From assembly GCA_035250225.1 (NCBI GenBank), contig DATFFI010000219.1, forward strand, positions 256-64,255: DNA of 64,000 nucleotides. The letters are read 5' to 3'. Below the pieces are notes generated by a model. That model was not told where the DNA came from, searched no databases, and worked only from the letters and a program-made list of their open reading frames with translations. The stretch comes from Rhizomicrobium sp. (GTDB lineage: Bacteria; Pseudomonadota; Alphaproteobacteria; Micropepsales; Micropepsaceae). Made by a program: the position numbers and the translations under genes. Below, piece by piece: positions 1 through 8,772 of the stretch (its first letter is position 1; every line of letters begins with the position of its first letter).

Positions 1-161
1 TGCGCATACGCCAGGGCGGGGCGCCAAAGTCTGCGGTCGGCTTCGCCGGCAAGGCGGGAAAGTTCCCGCTTCAGCTCTGGGCGCGTTTGCAGAGCGGCTG
101 CCAGGCTGAACGCTGACGCCGAAACCAGAAAACAGAGCGCGAGTGTGCGTAGGCCGGACAT
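1..161 (-). CDS. exported protein, N-terminal fragment (gene continues past the left window edge)
   Basis: Minus-strand ATG at 159-161 opens MSGLRTLALCFLVSASAFSLAAALQTRPELKRELSRLAGEADRRLW..., a signal-peptide-like N-terminus. The frame stays open to position 1. It is absent from the ORF track because it is truncated. Confidence 0.35.
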   Translation of the reverse strand, partial: MSGLRTLALCFLVSASAFSLAAALQTRPELKRELSRLAGEADRRLWRPALAYA

Positions 162-223
162 GGCAGGAATTTCGTCTTATAGACGAGCTTGGCCGATTTG
201 TCCCGATTTGGCACCCATTGGTG

Positions 224-2485
224 TTAACCAGGCTGGGGATCGGCAAAAAGGCCGGATTTCGAGAAGCCGCGGGGCGCGATCCGGCCCGCCTGGGCCCGGG
301 CGCCTTTCCAGTCCTTCAATTCCGACGGCTCGAAGGTCCGGCCATTGGCGTCCTTGAGTCCGGCCTTCCAGGTAAAGGCGACGGCGTCCGTCAGGCCGCC
401 ATCCTTGTATTTTTGCAGGAAGACCCCCTGCCCGCGCCCGAGCTCCGGAACGTCTGCCAGCGGGAAGATCAGCAGCTTGCGATTCTCGCCCATCACCGCG
501 ACCTGGTCGCCGCTGACCGGATGGCAGGACACTGCCTCGACCCCGGGCTTCACATTCATCACCTGCTTGCCCTTCTTGGTCATGGCGATGGCGTCGTCCT
601 CATTGGTGATGAAGCCATGGCCCGACGTCGCCGCCACCAGCAGCTTGCGTCCCGGCACATGCACAAAGACGGCGGCAAGATCGGCTTCGGGCGGCAGGTC
701 GATGAACGTGCGGATGGCTTCGCCATTGCCGCGGCCGCCCGGCAGCTTGGAACCATCCAGCGTGAAGAAGCGGCCATCCGAGGCCAGCATCATGATGCTG
801 TCCGTCGTCTGGGCATGCAGCCAGAAACGGCGGCGATCGCCTTCGCGGTATTTCACCGCGTCGCTTTCCTCCTGATGGCCCTTGAGCGCCCGCAGCCAGC
901 CCTTCTGCGACAGCACCACCGTGATCGGCTCCTGCGCCACGGCATTGGCATGTTCTTCGGCCGCTTCCGCCAGTGCGGAAAGCTCGGCCACATCCTTGGC
1001 GCCGGCGATCTCGGTGCGGCGCCTGCCCAGCGCCGTCTTGCCCCCGAATTTGGCATCGATGGCCTTGATCTCTTCGATCAGCTTTTCCGATTTGAGCTTT
1101 TCCGAACCCAGCAGGCGCGTCAGCTCCTTCTGCTCCTTCGTCAGGCTGGTATGCTCGCTGCGGATCTCCATTTCCTCCAGCTTGCGCAAGCTGCGCAGCC
1201 GCATATTGAGGATGGCGTCGGCCTGGACCTCGGTGAGCTTGAAAGCCTTCATCAGCACCGGCCTGGGCTCATCCTCGGTGCGGATGATCTTGATCACCTT
1301 GTCGAGGTTGAGGAAAACGGCGAGATAGCCTTCCAGCACCTCCAGCCGCGCCGCGATCTTCTGCAGGCGGTGGGCGGAGCGGCGCTCCAGCACTTCCCGG
1401 CGATGGGCGATGAAGGCGTTCAGCGCCTCCCTCAGGCTCATCACCCGCGGTACGGCACCCTTGTCGAGCACGTTGAGATTGAGGGGCACGCGCACTTCCA
1501 GGTCGGTCTGGCGGAAGAGCTGCTCCATCAGCAGGTCGGGATCGATGGTGCGGGACTTGGGACTAAGGACGATGCGGACATCCTCGGCGCTTTCGTCATG
1601 GATGTCGTCCAGCAGCGACAGCTTCTTCTGCTCCAGCAATTCGGCGACACGTTCGATCAGCTTGGACTTCTGCACCTGGTAGGGAATTTCGGTGATGACG
1701 ATCTGCCAGGCGCCGCGGCTGCCCTCTTCCTTGTCCCAGCGCGCGCGCAGGCGAAAGCCGCCGCGGCCGGTCTTGTAGGCTTCGGCAATCGAGGCCTGGT
1801 CCTCGACCAGGATGCCGCCGGTCGGGAAGTCCGGCCCCTTTACATATTTGAGCAGGCTGCGGTCCTGCATGTCGGGCTTTTCGATCAGCGCCACCACCGC
1901 ACCGCAGAGCTCACCCAGATTGTGCGGCGGGATCGAGGTCGCCATGCCGACGGCAATGCCCGAGGCGCCATTGGCCAGGAGGTTGGGGAACGCGGCCGGC
2001 AGCACCACCGGCTCCTCGTCCTGGCCGTCATAATTGGGGCGGAAATCGACCGCGTCCTCGTCCAGCCCTTCGAGCAGCGCCTGCGCCATCTCGGTCATGC
2101 GCGCTTCGGTGTAGCGATAGGCGGCGGCGTTATCGCCGTCGATATTGCCGAAATTGCCCTGGCCATCGACCAGCGGATAGCGAACGGAAAATTCCTGCGC
2201 CAGGCGCACCAGCGCGTCATAGATCGCCTGGTCGCCATGGGGATGGAAGCCGCCCATGACATCGCCCACCACCTTGGCGGATTTCTTGAAGGCGGCGCCG
2301 GGATCGAGCCGCAGGCGCGCCATGCCGAACAGGATGCGGCGATGGACCGGCTTCAGGCCGTCGCGCGCATCGGGCAGCGCCCGCTGGGTAATGGTGGAAA
2401 GGGCATAGGCGAGATAACGCTCCGACAGCGCCTTGCCGAGCTGTTCGGAGCGGATATCGTCGGGTGGGGGTGCAACCTGGCCCAT
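224..2485 (-). CDS. parC: DNA topoisomerase IV subunit A
   Basis: 753-aa ORF with type IIA topoisomerase A-subunit motifs: [67 protein letters not shown] (catalytic Tyr region). The length is ParC-like rather than GyrA-like. Confidence 0.9.
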   Translation of the reverse strand: MGQVAPPPDDIRSEQLGKALSERYLAYALSTITQRALPDARDGLKPVHRRILFGMARLRLDPGAAFKKSAKVVGDVMGGFHPHGDQAIYDALVRLAQEFSVRYPLVDGQGNFGNIDGDNAAAYRYTEARMTEMAQALLEGLDEDAVDFRPNYDGQDEEPVVLPAAFPNLLANGASGIAVGMATSIPPHNLGELCGAVVALIEKPDMQDRSLLKYVKGPDFPTGGILVEDQASIAEAYKTGRGGFRLRARWDKEEGSRGAWQIVITEIPYQVQKSKLIERVAELLEQKKLSLLDDIHDESAEDVRIVLSPKSRTIDPDLLMEQLFRQTDLEVRVPLNLNVLDKGAVPRVMSLREALNAFIAHRREVLERRSAHRLQKIAARLEVLEGYLAVFLNLDKVIKIIRTEDEPRPVLMKAFKLTEVQADAILNMRLRSLRKLEEMEIRSEHTSLTKEQKELTRLLGSEKLKSEKLIEEIKAIDAKFGGKTALGRRRTEIAGAKDVAELSALAEAAEEHANAVAQEPITVVLSQKGWLRALKGHQEESDAVKYREGDRRRFWLHAQTTDSIMMLASDGRFFTLDGSKLPGGRGNGEAIRTFIDLPPEADLAAVFVHVPGRKLLVAATSGHGFITNEDDAIAMTKKGKQVMNVKPGVEAVSCHPVSGDQVAVMGENRKLLIFPLADVPELGRGQGVFLQKYKDGGLTDAVAFTWKAGLKDANGRTFEPSELKDWKGARAQAGRIAPRGFSKSGLFADPQPG

Positions 2486-2528
2486 GCCGCGCTTCTAACG
2501 CGATTCGCCGAGCGGGGTGTCGAGAGCA

Positions 2529-3266
2529 CTATTCAATTTGGCTGTTTGCTATCGTATCCAGCCGGGTACGGGCCTGCGGCATCTCGCGGCCATGCGGTTC
2601 CAGCACCCGTTCCTGCAGGAAATAACCGGTGAGACGCAGCGCCTGCCGGGCTTCTTCCTGCGTCGGATCGGAATCGCTGACCCCCATCAGGAACGGCGGC
2701 AGCCGGAACAGCCGGTCGGCATAAATACCGGCCCCTCCCCGCGACACGGCCCGGCCGCTGCGGGGCGAGACATAGGCCAAGTTATCGGTGACGCCGGTGG
2801 CGGCGCATTCCGACAGGTCCAGTCCAAAGCCCAGCGCTTCCAGCAGCCCCGCTTCCCAGCGGGCGAAAAGGGGCAGCCAATGGTTCGCCTCCGAACCCGC
2901 CATGGCGTCGAGCAGGATTTCGCCGGCGACGAAGACCGGGGCATGCGCTTCACGCTCCGGCAGTGCCGCGCCGGCCACGGCCGCGAAGGCATTGAGGCCC
3001 GCCAGCGCATCGCGGCTTTCCATCAGCGCCCCGGCACGGCCGCGCGACAATTCGGCGGCATAGCTGCCCAGATGCTCGGCCAGGCGTCCGCGCCAGACCA
3101 CGTCCAGCGTGTTGCCCGGCTGCAGCGACGGCTTGATCCGGCGCGAGGTGCCGCCGCGCACCAGGCCCAGATGGCGGCCATGGTCCCGGGTCAGCAATTC
3201 GAGGATGACGCCGTTCTCGCCGTGGGCACGCGAAGACAGAACGATGGCGCTGTCAGACCATTCCAT
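2529..3266 (-). CDS. recO: DNA repair protein RecO
   Basis: 245 aa. N-terminus MEWSDSAIVLSSRAHGENGVILELLTRDHGRHLGLVRGG is typical of the RecO OB-fold. It sits in the conserved position downstream of era. Confidence 0.85.
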   Translation of the reverse strand: MEWSDSAIVLSSRAHGENGVILELLTRDHGRHLGLVRGGTSRRIKPSLQPGNTLDVVWRGRLAEHLGSYAAELSRGRAGALMESRDALAGLNAFAAVAGAALPEREAHAPVFVAGEILLDAMAGSEANHWLPLFARWEAGLLEALGFGLDLSECAATGVTDNLAYVSPRSGRAVSRGGAGIYADRLFRLPPFLMGVSDSDPTQEEARQALRLTGYFLQERVLEPHGREMPQARTRLDTIANSQIE

Positions 3267-3323
3267 GCAGGCAACTTGTCACTATGCGTCACGACCCGCA
3301 AATGCGGGCTATGACACGAGAGC

Positions 3324-4262
3324 TTACTCGTCGGGGGGAAACTCGAGGCCCATTTCCTTGTAATGCTCGCGCTGCTCGGCCCAGTCCTCGCGCACTTTCA
3401 CGAACAGGAACAGGTGGACGCGGCGGCCGAACATTTCTTCCAGTTCGGCGCGGGCCAGTTCGCCGATCTTCTTGATGGTGGCGCCGCCCTTGCCCAGCGC
3501 AATCGCCTTCTGGCCTTCGCGCTGGACATAGATCACCTGGTCGATCTTGACCGAACCGTCCTTGCGTTCTTCCCATTTCTCGGTTTCCACCGTCGAGGCG
3601 TAGGGCAGTTCGTCATGCAGGCGCAGATAGAGTTTCTCGCGCGTCACTTCCGCCGCCAGCAGGCGGGCGGGAATATCGGCGGCTTCGTCTTCCGGATAAT
3701 GCCAGGGTCCTTCGGGCATGCGCGCCCGGGTCCATTCCAGCAATTCCGCAAGACCCTCGCCTTTCAGGGCTGAGACCAGGAAGACATCCTCGAACACGCC
3801 CTGGGCATGGAATTTCTCGACCAGCGGCAGCAGGTCGGTGCGCTTCATGCCGTCGATTTTATTCAACACCAGCGCGCTCTTCTTGGAGCGGCCCTCCTTC
3901 AGGCCGACGAGAATGGCTTCGGTGTCGCGCGCGGAATGGGAATTGGCGTTGGCGGTAAGGTCGGCGGCATCCACCACCAGCAGGATGGCATCGGCCTCCT
4001 CCGCTCCGCTCCAGGCGGCGCCGACCATGGCACGGTCCAGCCGCCGCCGCGGCCGGAAGATGCCCGGCGTATCGACAAGGATGATCTGGGTTTCTTCGCG
4101 CATCACGATGCCGCGCACATTCATGCGCGTGGTCTGCACCTTGGGGCTGACGATGGCGACCTTGGTGCCGACCAGCGCATTGACCAGCGTGGACTTGCCG
4201 GCATTGGGGGCGCCGATCACGGCGGCAAAACCGCAGCGCCTGTTCATGGCGGCATCCGTCAT
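3324..4262 (-). CDS. era: GTPase Era
   Basis: G1 GAPNAGKST, G3 DTPG, G4 NKID and a C-terminal KH-like region. The start overlaps the rnc stop (ATGA). Confidence 0.95.
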   Translation of the reverse strand: MTDAAMNRRCGFAAVIGAPNAGKSTLVNALVGTKVAIVSPKVQTTRMNVRGIVMREETQIILVDTPGIFRPRRRLDRAMVGAAWSGAEEADAILLVVDAADLTANANSHSARDTEAILVGLKEGRSKKSALVLNKIDGMKRTDLLPLVEKFHAQGVFEDVFLVSALKGEGLAELLEWTRARMPEGPWHYPEDEAADIPARLLAAEVTREKLYLRLHDELPYASTVETEKWEERKDGSVKIDQVIYVQREGQKAIALGKGGATIKKIGELARAELEEMFGRRVHLFLFVKVREDWAEQREHYKEMGLEFPPDE

Positions 4263-4924
4263 GGCGATACCTTGGCAAGCAGCGCGGCCGCCGCCGCTTG
4301 TTCGGCCTCGCGCTTGGAGCCGCCCGCGCCGCTGGCGGGCTCATGGCCGCTGACGCGAACCTCGACCACAAAACGCGGCGCATGATCGGGGCCCTCGCGC
4401 GAAACCAGGCCATAGACCGGGGCCCCGGCTTCGCCGCGCCCGCGGCCTTGCGCCCATTCCTGCAATCGCGTCTTGGCGTCCCGCATCTCTTCGGTCAGGC
4501 CCTCAAACTGGTCCTGCCAGTAGCGCTCGATGAATTGCCGCGCCACCGCCAGCCCGCCGTCCAGGTACAGCGCCGCGATCACCGCTTCGCAGGCGCCGGA
4601 AAGAATGGCGGGCTTGGCACGGCCGCCGCTGACCTGTTCCGACTGGGCCAGGATCAGATGCTCGGCCAGGCCCGCTGCTTCCGCCGCCTTGGCGCAGGCC
4701 GCGCCGCGCGCCAGGGCATTGAATTTCAGCGCCAGCACGCCTTCGGCGTCGCCGGGATAGAGCGCGTGAAGCTTCTCGGCCACGACCAGGCCCAGCACCC
4801 GGTCGCCCAGGAATTCCAGCCGCTCGTTGGAAATGGCCGCGTCGGCCGAGGCATGGGTAAGCGCCCGGCGCAGAAGCGCCGTGTCGGAAAAGACATGGCC
4901 CAGCTTTTCCTCCAGCGAGGCCAA
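4259..4924 (-). CDS. rnc: ribonuclease III
   Basis: RNase III signature ERLEFLGDRVLG plus a C-terminal dsRNA-binding region. Sits in the conserved lepB-rnc-era order. Confidence 0.93.
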   Translation of the reverse strand: MASLEEKLGHVFSDTALLRRALTHASADAAISNERLEFLGDRVLGLVVAEKLHALYPGDAEGVLALKFNALARGAACAKAAEAAGLAEHLILAQSEQVSGGRAKPAILSGACEAVIAALYLDGGLAVARQFIERYWQDQFEGLTEEMRDAKTRLQEWAQGRGRGEAGAPVYGLVSREGPDHAPRFVVEVRVSGHEPASGAGGSKREAEQAAAAALLAKVSP

Positions 4925-4925
4925 G

Positions 4926-5738
4926 TCAGTTGATCAACGAGAAGATGCGGGAATAGCGGATGGCGAACGGCCATTTCCACACTTCCCACCAGCGGGCCGA
5001 ACCATCGACCGAGAAGAAGCGGAACAGCGCCTTACCTTCCAGATTCTCGGCCGGGACATACTGGACCGAACCGCGGCTATCGTCGGAATTGTCGCGATTG
5101 TCGCCCATCATGAAGTAATGGCCCGCGGGCACGGTGAAGACGACGGTATTGTCGCCCAGATTGTAGCTGTCGTGATCCAGCGTCAGGTAGCTTTTACCGT
5201 TGGGCAGCGTCTCGCGATATTGCGGCACGCGAATCTCTTCGCCATTCATCCACTCGACATAGTCCTCGACCCGCTCCTTCGGCACCGCCTTGCCGTTGAT
5301 ATGCAGAATGCCATCGCGCATCTGGACGCGGTCGCCCGGCAGGCCGATCAGGCGCTTGATGAAATCGGTGGAATTGTCGCGCGGAAATTTGAAGACGATG
5401 ACGTCGCCGCGCTCGGGCTTGAAGTCGGGGAAGCGCCCCTGCATCGCCGGACCCAGCGGACCGGCGCCGAAGGGAAAGGTGTAGCGGCTATAGCCGTAGG
5501 AATATTTCTCGACAAAGAGATAGTCGCCGATCAGCAGCGTGCCTTCCATCGAGGCGGACGGAATGTTGAAGGGCTGGAACAGGAAAGTGCGGATCACGAC
5601 GGCGATCAGGCCCGCATAGACCACGGTCTTGGCGAGCTCGAACCAGGATTCCTCGGTCTTGGGCTTGCTGTCGGATGACATGATACCGGGATTTCCTGGG
5701 GCAACGGCGGGTGGCGGGACAGAAGCGGCAGGGGGCAT
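4926..5738 (-). CDS. lepB: signal peptidase I
   Basis: Boxes IPSASMEGTLLIGDYLFV (Ser), GDVIVFKFP, KRLIGLPGD (Lys) and GDNRDNSDDSR. An alternative start is possible at 5681 (MSSDSKPK). Confidence 0.9.
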   Translation of the reverse strand: MPPAASVPPPAVAPGNPGIMSSDSKPKTEESWFELAKTVVYAGLIAVVIRTFLFQPFNIPSASMEGTLLIGDYLFVEKYSYGYSRYTFPFGAGPLGPAMQGRFPDFKPERGDVIVFKFPRDNSTDFIKRLIGLPGDRVQMRDGILHINGKAVPKERVEDYVEWMNGEEIRVPQYRETLPNGKSYLTLDHDSYNLGDNTVVFTVPAGHYFMMGDNRDNSDDSRGSVQYVPAENLEGKALFRFFSVDGSARWWEVWKWPFAIRYSRIFSLIN

Positions 5739-5759
5739 ACCCTGTCAAGGCGTAAGGCC

Positions 5760-6164
5760 TTAATTTGATGATGGAATCGCCGAAATGATCACAATCGCCT
5801 GCGCCAGCGGGAAATCATCGGTGATGGTCAGCGCGATCTCGGCCCGGTGGCCGGAGGGCGTGATGGCGTCCAGCCGGGCCAACGCCCCGCCGGTCAGTTT
5901 CAGTGTTGGCTTGCCACCGGACAGGTTCACCACCCCCATGTCGCGCCAGTAAACGCCATGGTTGAGGCCGGTGCCCAGCGCCTTGGCGCAGGCTTCCTTG
6001 GCGGCGAAGCGCTTGGCGTAAGACGCCGCCCTGTTGGCGCGGCGATCCGACTTGGCCTGCTCGATGTCGGTGTACAGCCGCTGGATGAAGCGGTCGCCAT
6101 GCCGCGCGATGGTCTTTTCCACCCGGCGAATGTCGATCAGGTCACTTCCCAGCCCGATGATCAC
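5760..6164 (-). CDS. acpS: holo-[acyl-carrier-protein] synthase
   Basis: 134 aa, [16 protein letters not shown] ... [17 protein letters not shown] start overlaps the upstream stop (GTGA). Confidence 0.9.
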   Translation of the reverse strand: MIIGLGSDLIDIRRVEKTIARHGDRFIQRLYTDIEQAKSDRRANRAASYAKRFAAKEACAKALGTGLNHGVYWRDMGVVNLSGGKPTLKLTGGALARLDAITPSGHRAEIALTITDDFPLAQAIVIISAIPSSN

Positions 6165-6814
6165 CGCAAACCGCCTTCGGTGATTGCGATCCCAAAGCCG
6201 GGAAACTCCCGATCGATCAAAGCCTGAATCGCCGCGCGGGACGGCAACTGGTTCGAAGCGGACGTCAGCCCCGCGAATTGCGGGTCTGGCGAAAATTCGC
6301 CCCCAACCGTGAAATCCCTGCGATTTTTGGCGAAGTCGCAGACCAGGCGTGTCCCGGGTTTCAGCAACGCCACCGGAATGAGATAAAACGCAAGCTGCTG
6401 ATGACCGCCGAAGAGCCTGGCTGTCGCGCTCGACGAAGAAACCGTCTTTCGGATGCTGCCAAGGCGGCGCAAGGGCACCTGACGGCCAGCCGCATCGACG
6501 AGATAGAGGCGCGATAGCGGCAACTCTGTCCCGTCGCGACTAAGCGCACTGATGAAACCTACCGCGTAACCATTCAGGCGGGCATACTCGGCCTTGCCTG
6601 ACGGCATCGCGATGTCCTGGGTCACCTGGCGATCGATGACAGCGTTGGGAACCTTGCTCAGGATATCGCGCGCAAAACTTTCATCCTTCGCAGCCAGGCT
6701 CTGCGGTGTCGTCGCGCCTTGGGTTACGCTCCCGGGCGTGTTCATGTGCTGCTGCGCAAGGCTCGCATGTCCGGCACACAGGAAAAATCCAACGAAAAAA
6801 AGAACCCGTCTCAT
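6161..6814 (-). CDS. hypothetical exported protein
   Basis: 217 aa with a signal-peptide-like N-terminus [24 protein letters not shown]3-rich codons. It has 4-nt overlaps with pdxJ (ATGA) and acpS (GTGA). I recognise no family motif. Confidence 0.6.
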   Translation of the reverse strand: MRRVLFFVGFFLCAGHASLAQQHMNTPGSVTQGATTPQSLAAKDESFARDILSKVPNAVIDRQVTQDIAMPSGKAEYARLNGYAVGFISALSRDGTELPLSRLYLVDAAGRQVPLRRLGSIRKTVSSSSATARLFGGHQQLAFYLIPVALLKPGTRLVCDFAKNRRDFTVGGEFSPDPQFAGLTSASNQLPSRAAIQALIDREFPGFGIAITEGGLR

Positions 6815-7539
6815 CCCCTCGCCTCCTCCATTGCATGGCGCATCCGCGCCATGGCATTGCCCAGGCCGACAAAGATCGCCTCGCCGACCAGAAAATGGCC
6901 GATATTGAGTTCAACGATTTGCGGAATGGCGGCGATGGGGCCGACATTGTCATAAGTCAGTCCATGGCCGGCATGGATTTCCAGGCCAATAGAAGCGCCA
7001 TAGGCGGCGGCATCGCGCAAGCGCGCCAGTTCTTTCTCGCGCGCCTCACCCGTGGCATGGGCATAGGCGCCGGTATGCAGCTCAACCACCGGCGCGCCCA
7101 GCGACTTTGACGCATCGAACTGCCTGCGATCCGCCTCGATGAACATGGAAACCCGGATACCCGCCTCGACCAGAGCCGCGACGACGGGCTTGAGGCGATT
7201 ATGCTGGCCGGCAGCGTCGATGCCGCCCTCGGTGGTTACCTCTTCCCGCTTTTCCGGCACGATGCAGGCGGCATGCGGCTTGTGACGCAGGGCGATGGCC
7301 AGCATCTCCTCCGTCGCCGCCATTTCCAAGTTGAGCGGGATGCTCAGCGACTGCGACAGCGCCGCGATGTCGGCATCGGAAATATGGCGGCGATCCTCGC
7401 GCAGATGGGCGGTAATGCCGTCGGCCCCGGCTTCCTGCGCCAGCCGCGCGGCACGCACCGGATCGGGATTGTCGCCGCCCCGCGCATTCCGCACGGTGGC
7501 GACATGGTCGATATTCACGCCCAGGCGGAGTTTGGTCAT
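6811..7539 (-). CDS. pdxJ: pyridoxine 5'-phosphate synthase
   Basis: 242 aa: LGVNIDHVATVRNARG, ELHTGAYA, EIHAGHGLTY. Confidence 0.93.
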   Translation of the reverse strand: MTKLRLGVNIDHVATVRNARGGDNPDPVRAARLAQEAGADGITAHLREDRRHISDADIAALSQSLSIPLNLEMAATEEMLAIALRHKPHAACIVPEKREEVTTEGGIDAAGQHNRLKPVVAALVEAGIRVSMFIEADRRQFDASKSLGAPVVELHTGAYAHATGEAREKELARLRDAAAYGASIGLEIHAGHGLTYDNVGPIAAIPQIVELNIGHFLVGEAIFVGLGNAMARMRHAMEEARG

Positions 7540-7606
7540 GACGCCACCCTAACCCGGATCGGCCAGCTTTGGATGCGTCGCCCAGTCAGATCCGGCATGC
7601 AATCCC

Positions 7607-8203
7607 TCAGGCCAGGCCCCTGCTCCCTGGCTTGACCGCCGGCTTGTTGCGCAGGTGCGGCGGCAGCTTGTCGGCAGGCCAAGCCTGCACCTTCCACTCC
7701 GCCAGGGCGATCAGCGGCACCCCGACCTTGGCCTTGCCGGCCGAGCGGTCGATCAGGCAGGCGGCGGCCACCACCTTGGCGCCGGTCTTTCTGATGGCGG
7801 CAATGCATTCGCGGCTGGAAACACCGGTGGACACGATATCTTCGACCATCAGCACCTTCTGGCCCTTCTTCAGGGTGAAATTGCGGCGTAGTTGAAATTC
7901 GCCATCGACCCGCTCGACATACATCGCGGGCAAGCCCATCTGGCGGCCCATCTCATAGCCGGGCACGATGCCCCCGATGGCGGGTGAGATGATGGCGGTG
8001 ATTTCGTCCTTGACCTCTTCCTTTACTTTCTTCGCCAGCGCCTTGCAGAGCTTGGCGGTGCGCCTGGCGTCCTGGAACACCAGCGCCTTTTGCAGGAATT
8101 TGTCGGAGTGGAGACCCGAGGAGAGGATGAAATGCCCTTCCAGCAGAGCGCCGGATTTCTTGAACTCGTTGAGAACCTGTTCGACCTTCATCCCCTGTTC
8201 CAC
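7607..8203 (-). CDS. pyrE: orotate phosphoribosyltransferase
   Basis: 198 aa with PRPP-binding motif VLMVEDIVSTGVS and a phosphoribosyltransferase fold pattern. Confidence 0.85.
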   Translation of the reverse strand: MEQGMKVEQVLNEFKKSGALLEGHFILSSGLHSDKFLQKALVFQDARRTAKLCKALAKKVKEEVKDEITAIISPAIGGIVPGYEMGRQMGLPAMYVERVDGEFQLRRNFTLKKGQKVLMVEDIVSTGVSSRECIAAIRKTGAKVVAAACLIDRSAGKAKVGVPLIALAEWKVQAWPADKLPPHLRNKPAVKPGSRGLA

Positions 8204-8325
8204 AATCCTTCTTGTCTACCACCAGCGCCACAGCGAACGGCCAGGCGCCCTGCGGAATTCATAGGCCGAACCAGGTCAAGGCGTCCATCATTCTATGCGC
8301 AGACTGCGCCGCAGGGGAAAAGCCG

Positions 8326-8772
8326 CTAAACCATTGTAAGGGCGTATTCCACGAATTCATCATCTCGCTTCCAGCCATGGCGCTCATAGAGCGTTTGCGC
8401 AGGAAGGTTGGTAACCGCCGTAGACAGGACAAGTTTGACCGCCCCCGTCTCTCTGGAAAAGGCCGCGGCAGCTTTCAGCAGCATGCTGGCCGCGCCATTC
8501 CGCCGCTGGGCGGCATCCACATAGAGATCGTTCAATATCCAGACCCTGGCCGCGCCGACCGATGTGAAGCTTGGGTAGAGTTGGATAAATCCAACCGCAA
8601 CCCCGCCCTGCTCGGCCAGGAAAATGACGGATTCTCTTCTCTCAAGCCGCTCGCTGAGAAACGTTCTAGCCAATCCCTCATCCGACGACCGCCCGTAAAA
8701 CTGCCGATATTTGTCGAACAACGGAACGAGGAGATCGACGTCGTTTATTTCCGCAATGCGAACCCGCCGCAT
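8326..8772 (-). CDS. GNAT family N-acetyltransferase
   Basis: 148 aa with acetyl-CoA-binding-like segment VDAAQRRNGAASMLLKAAAAF. The start overlaps the spoT stop by 1 nt (TGATG). Confidence 0.8.
   Translation of the reverse strand: MRRVRIAEINDVDLLVPLFDKYRQFYGRSSDEGLARTFLSERLERRESVIFLAEQGGVAVGFIQLYPSFTSVGAARVWILNDLYVDAAQRRNGAASMLLKAAAAFSRETGAVKLVLSTAVTNLPAQTLYERHGWKRDDEFVEYALTMV

Noticed and set aside
143-2632. 829-aa plus-strand ORF. Similar very long ORFs lie at 8853-11030 (+), 21066-23456 (+), 30144-32006 (-), 32618-35128 (-), 43235-44884 (-), 44071-46005 (+), 56218-58293 (-) and 16979-18652 (-).
   Set aside because: All are antisense or out-of-frame shadows of genes with unmistakable motifs (parC, spoT, gatAB, topA, rnr, MATE, recF/gyrB, slt). 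Their translations are Arg/Gly/Ala/Pro-rich low-complexity strings with no motifs. Stop-codon depletion in alternative frames is expected in GC3-rich DNA.
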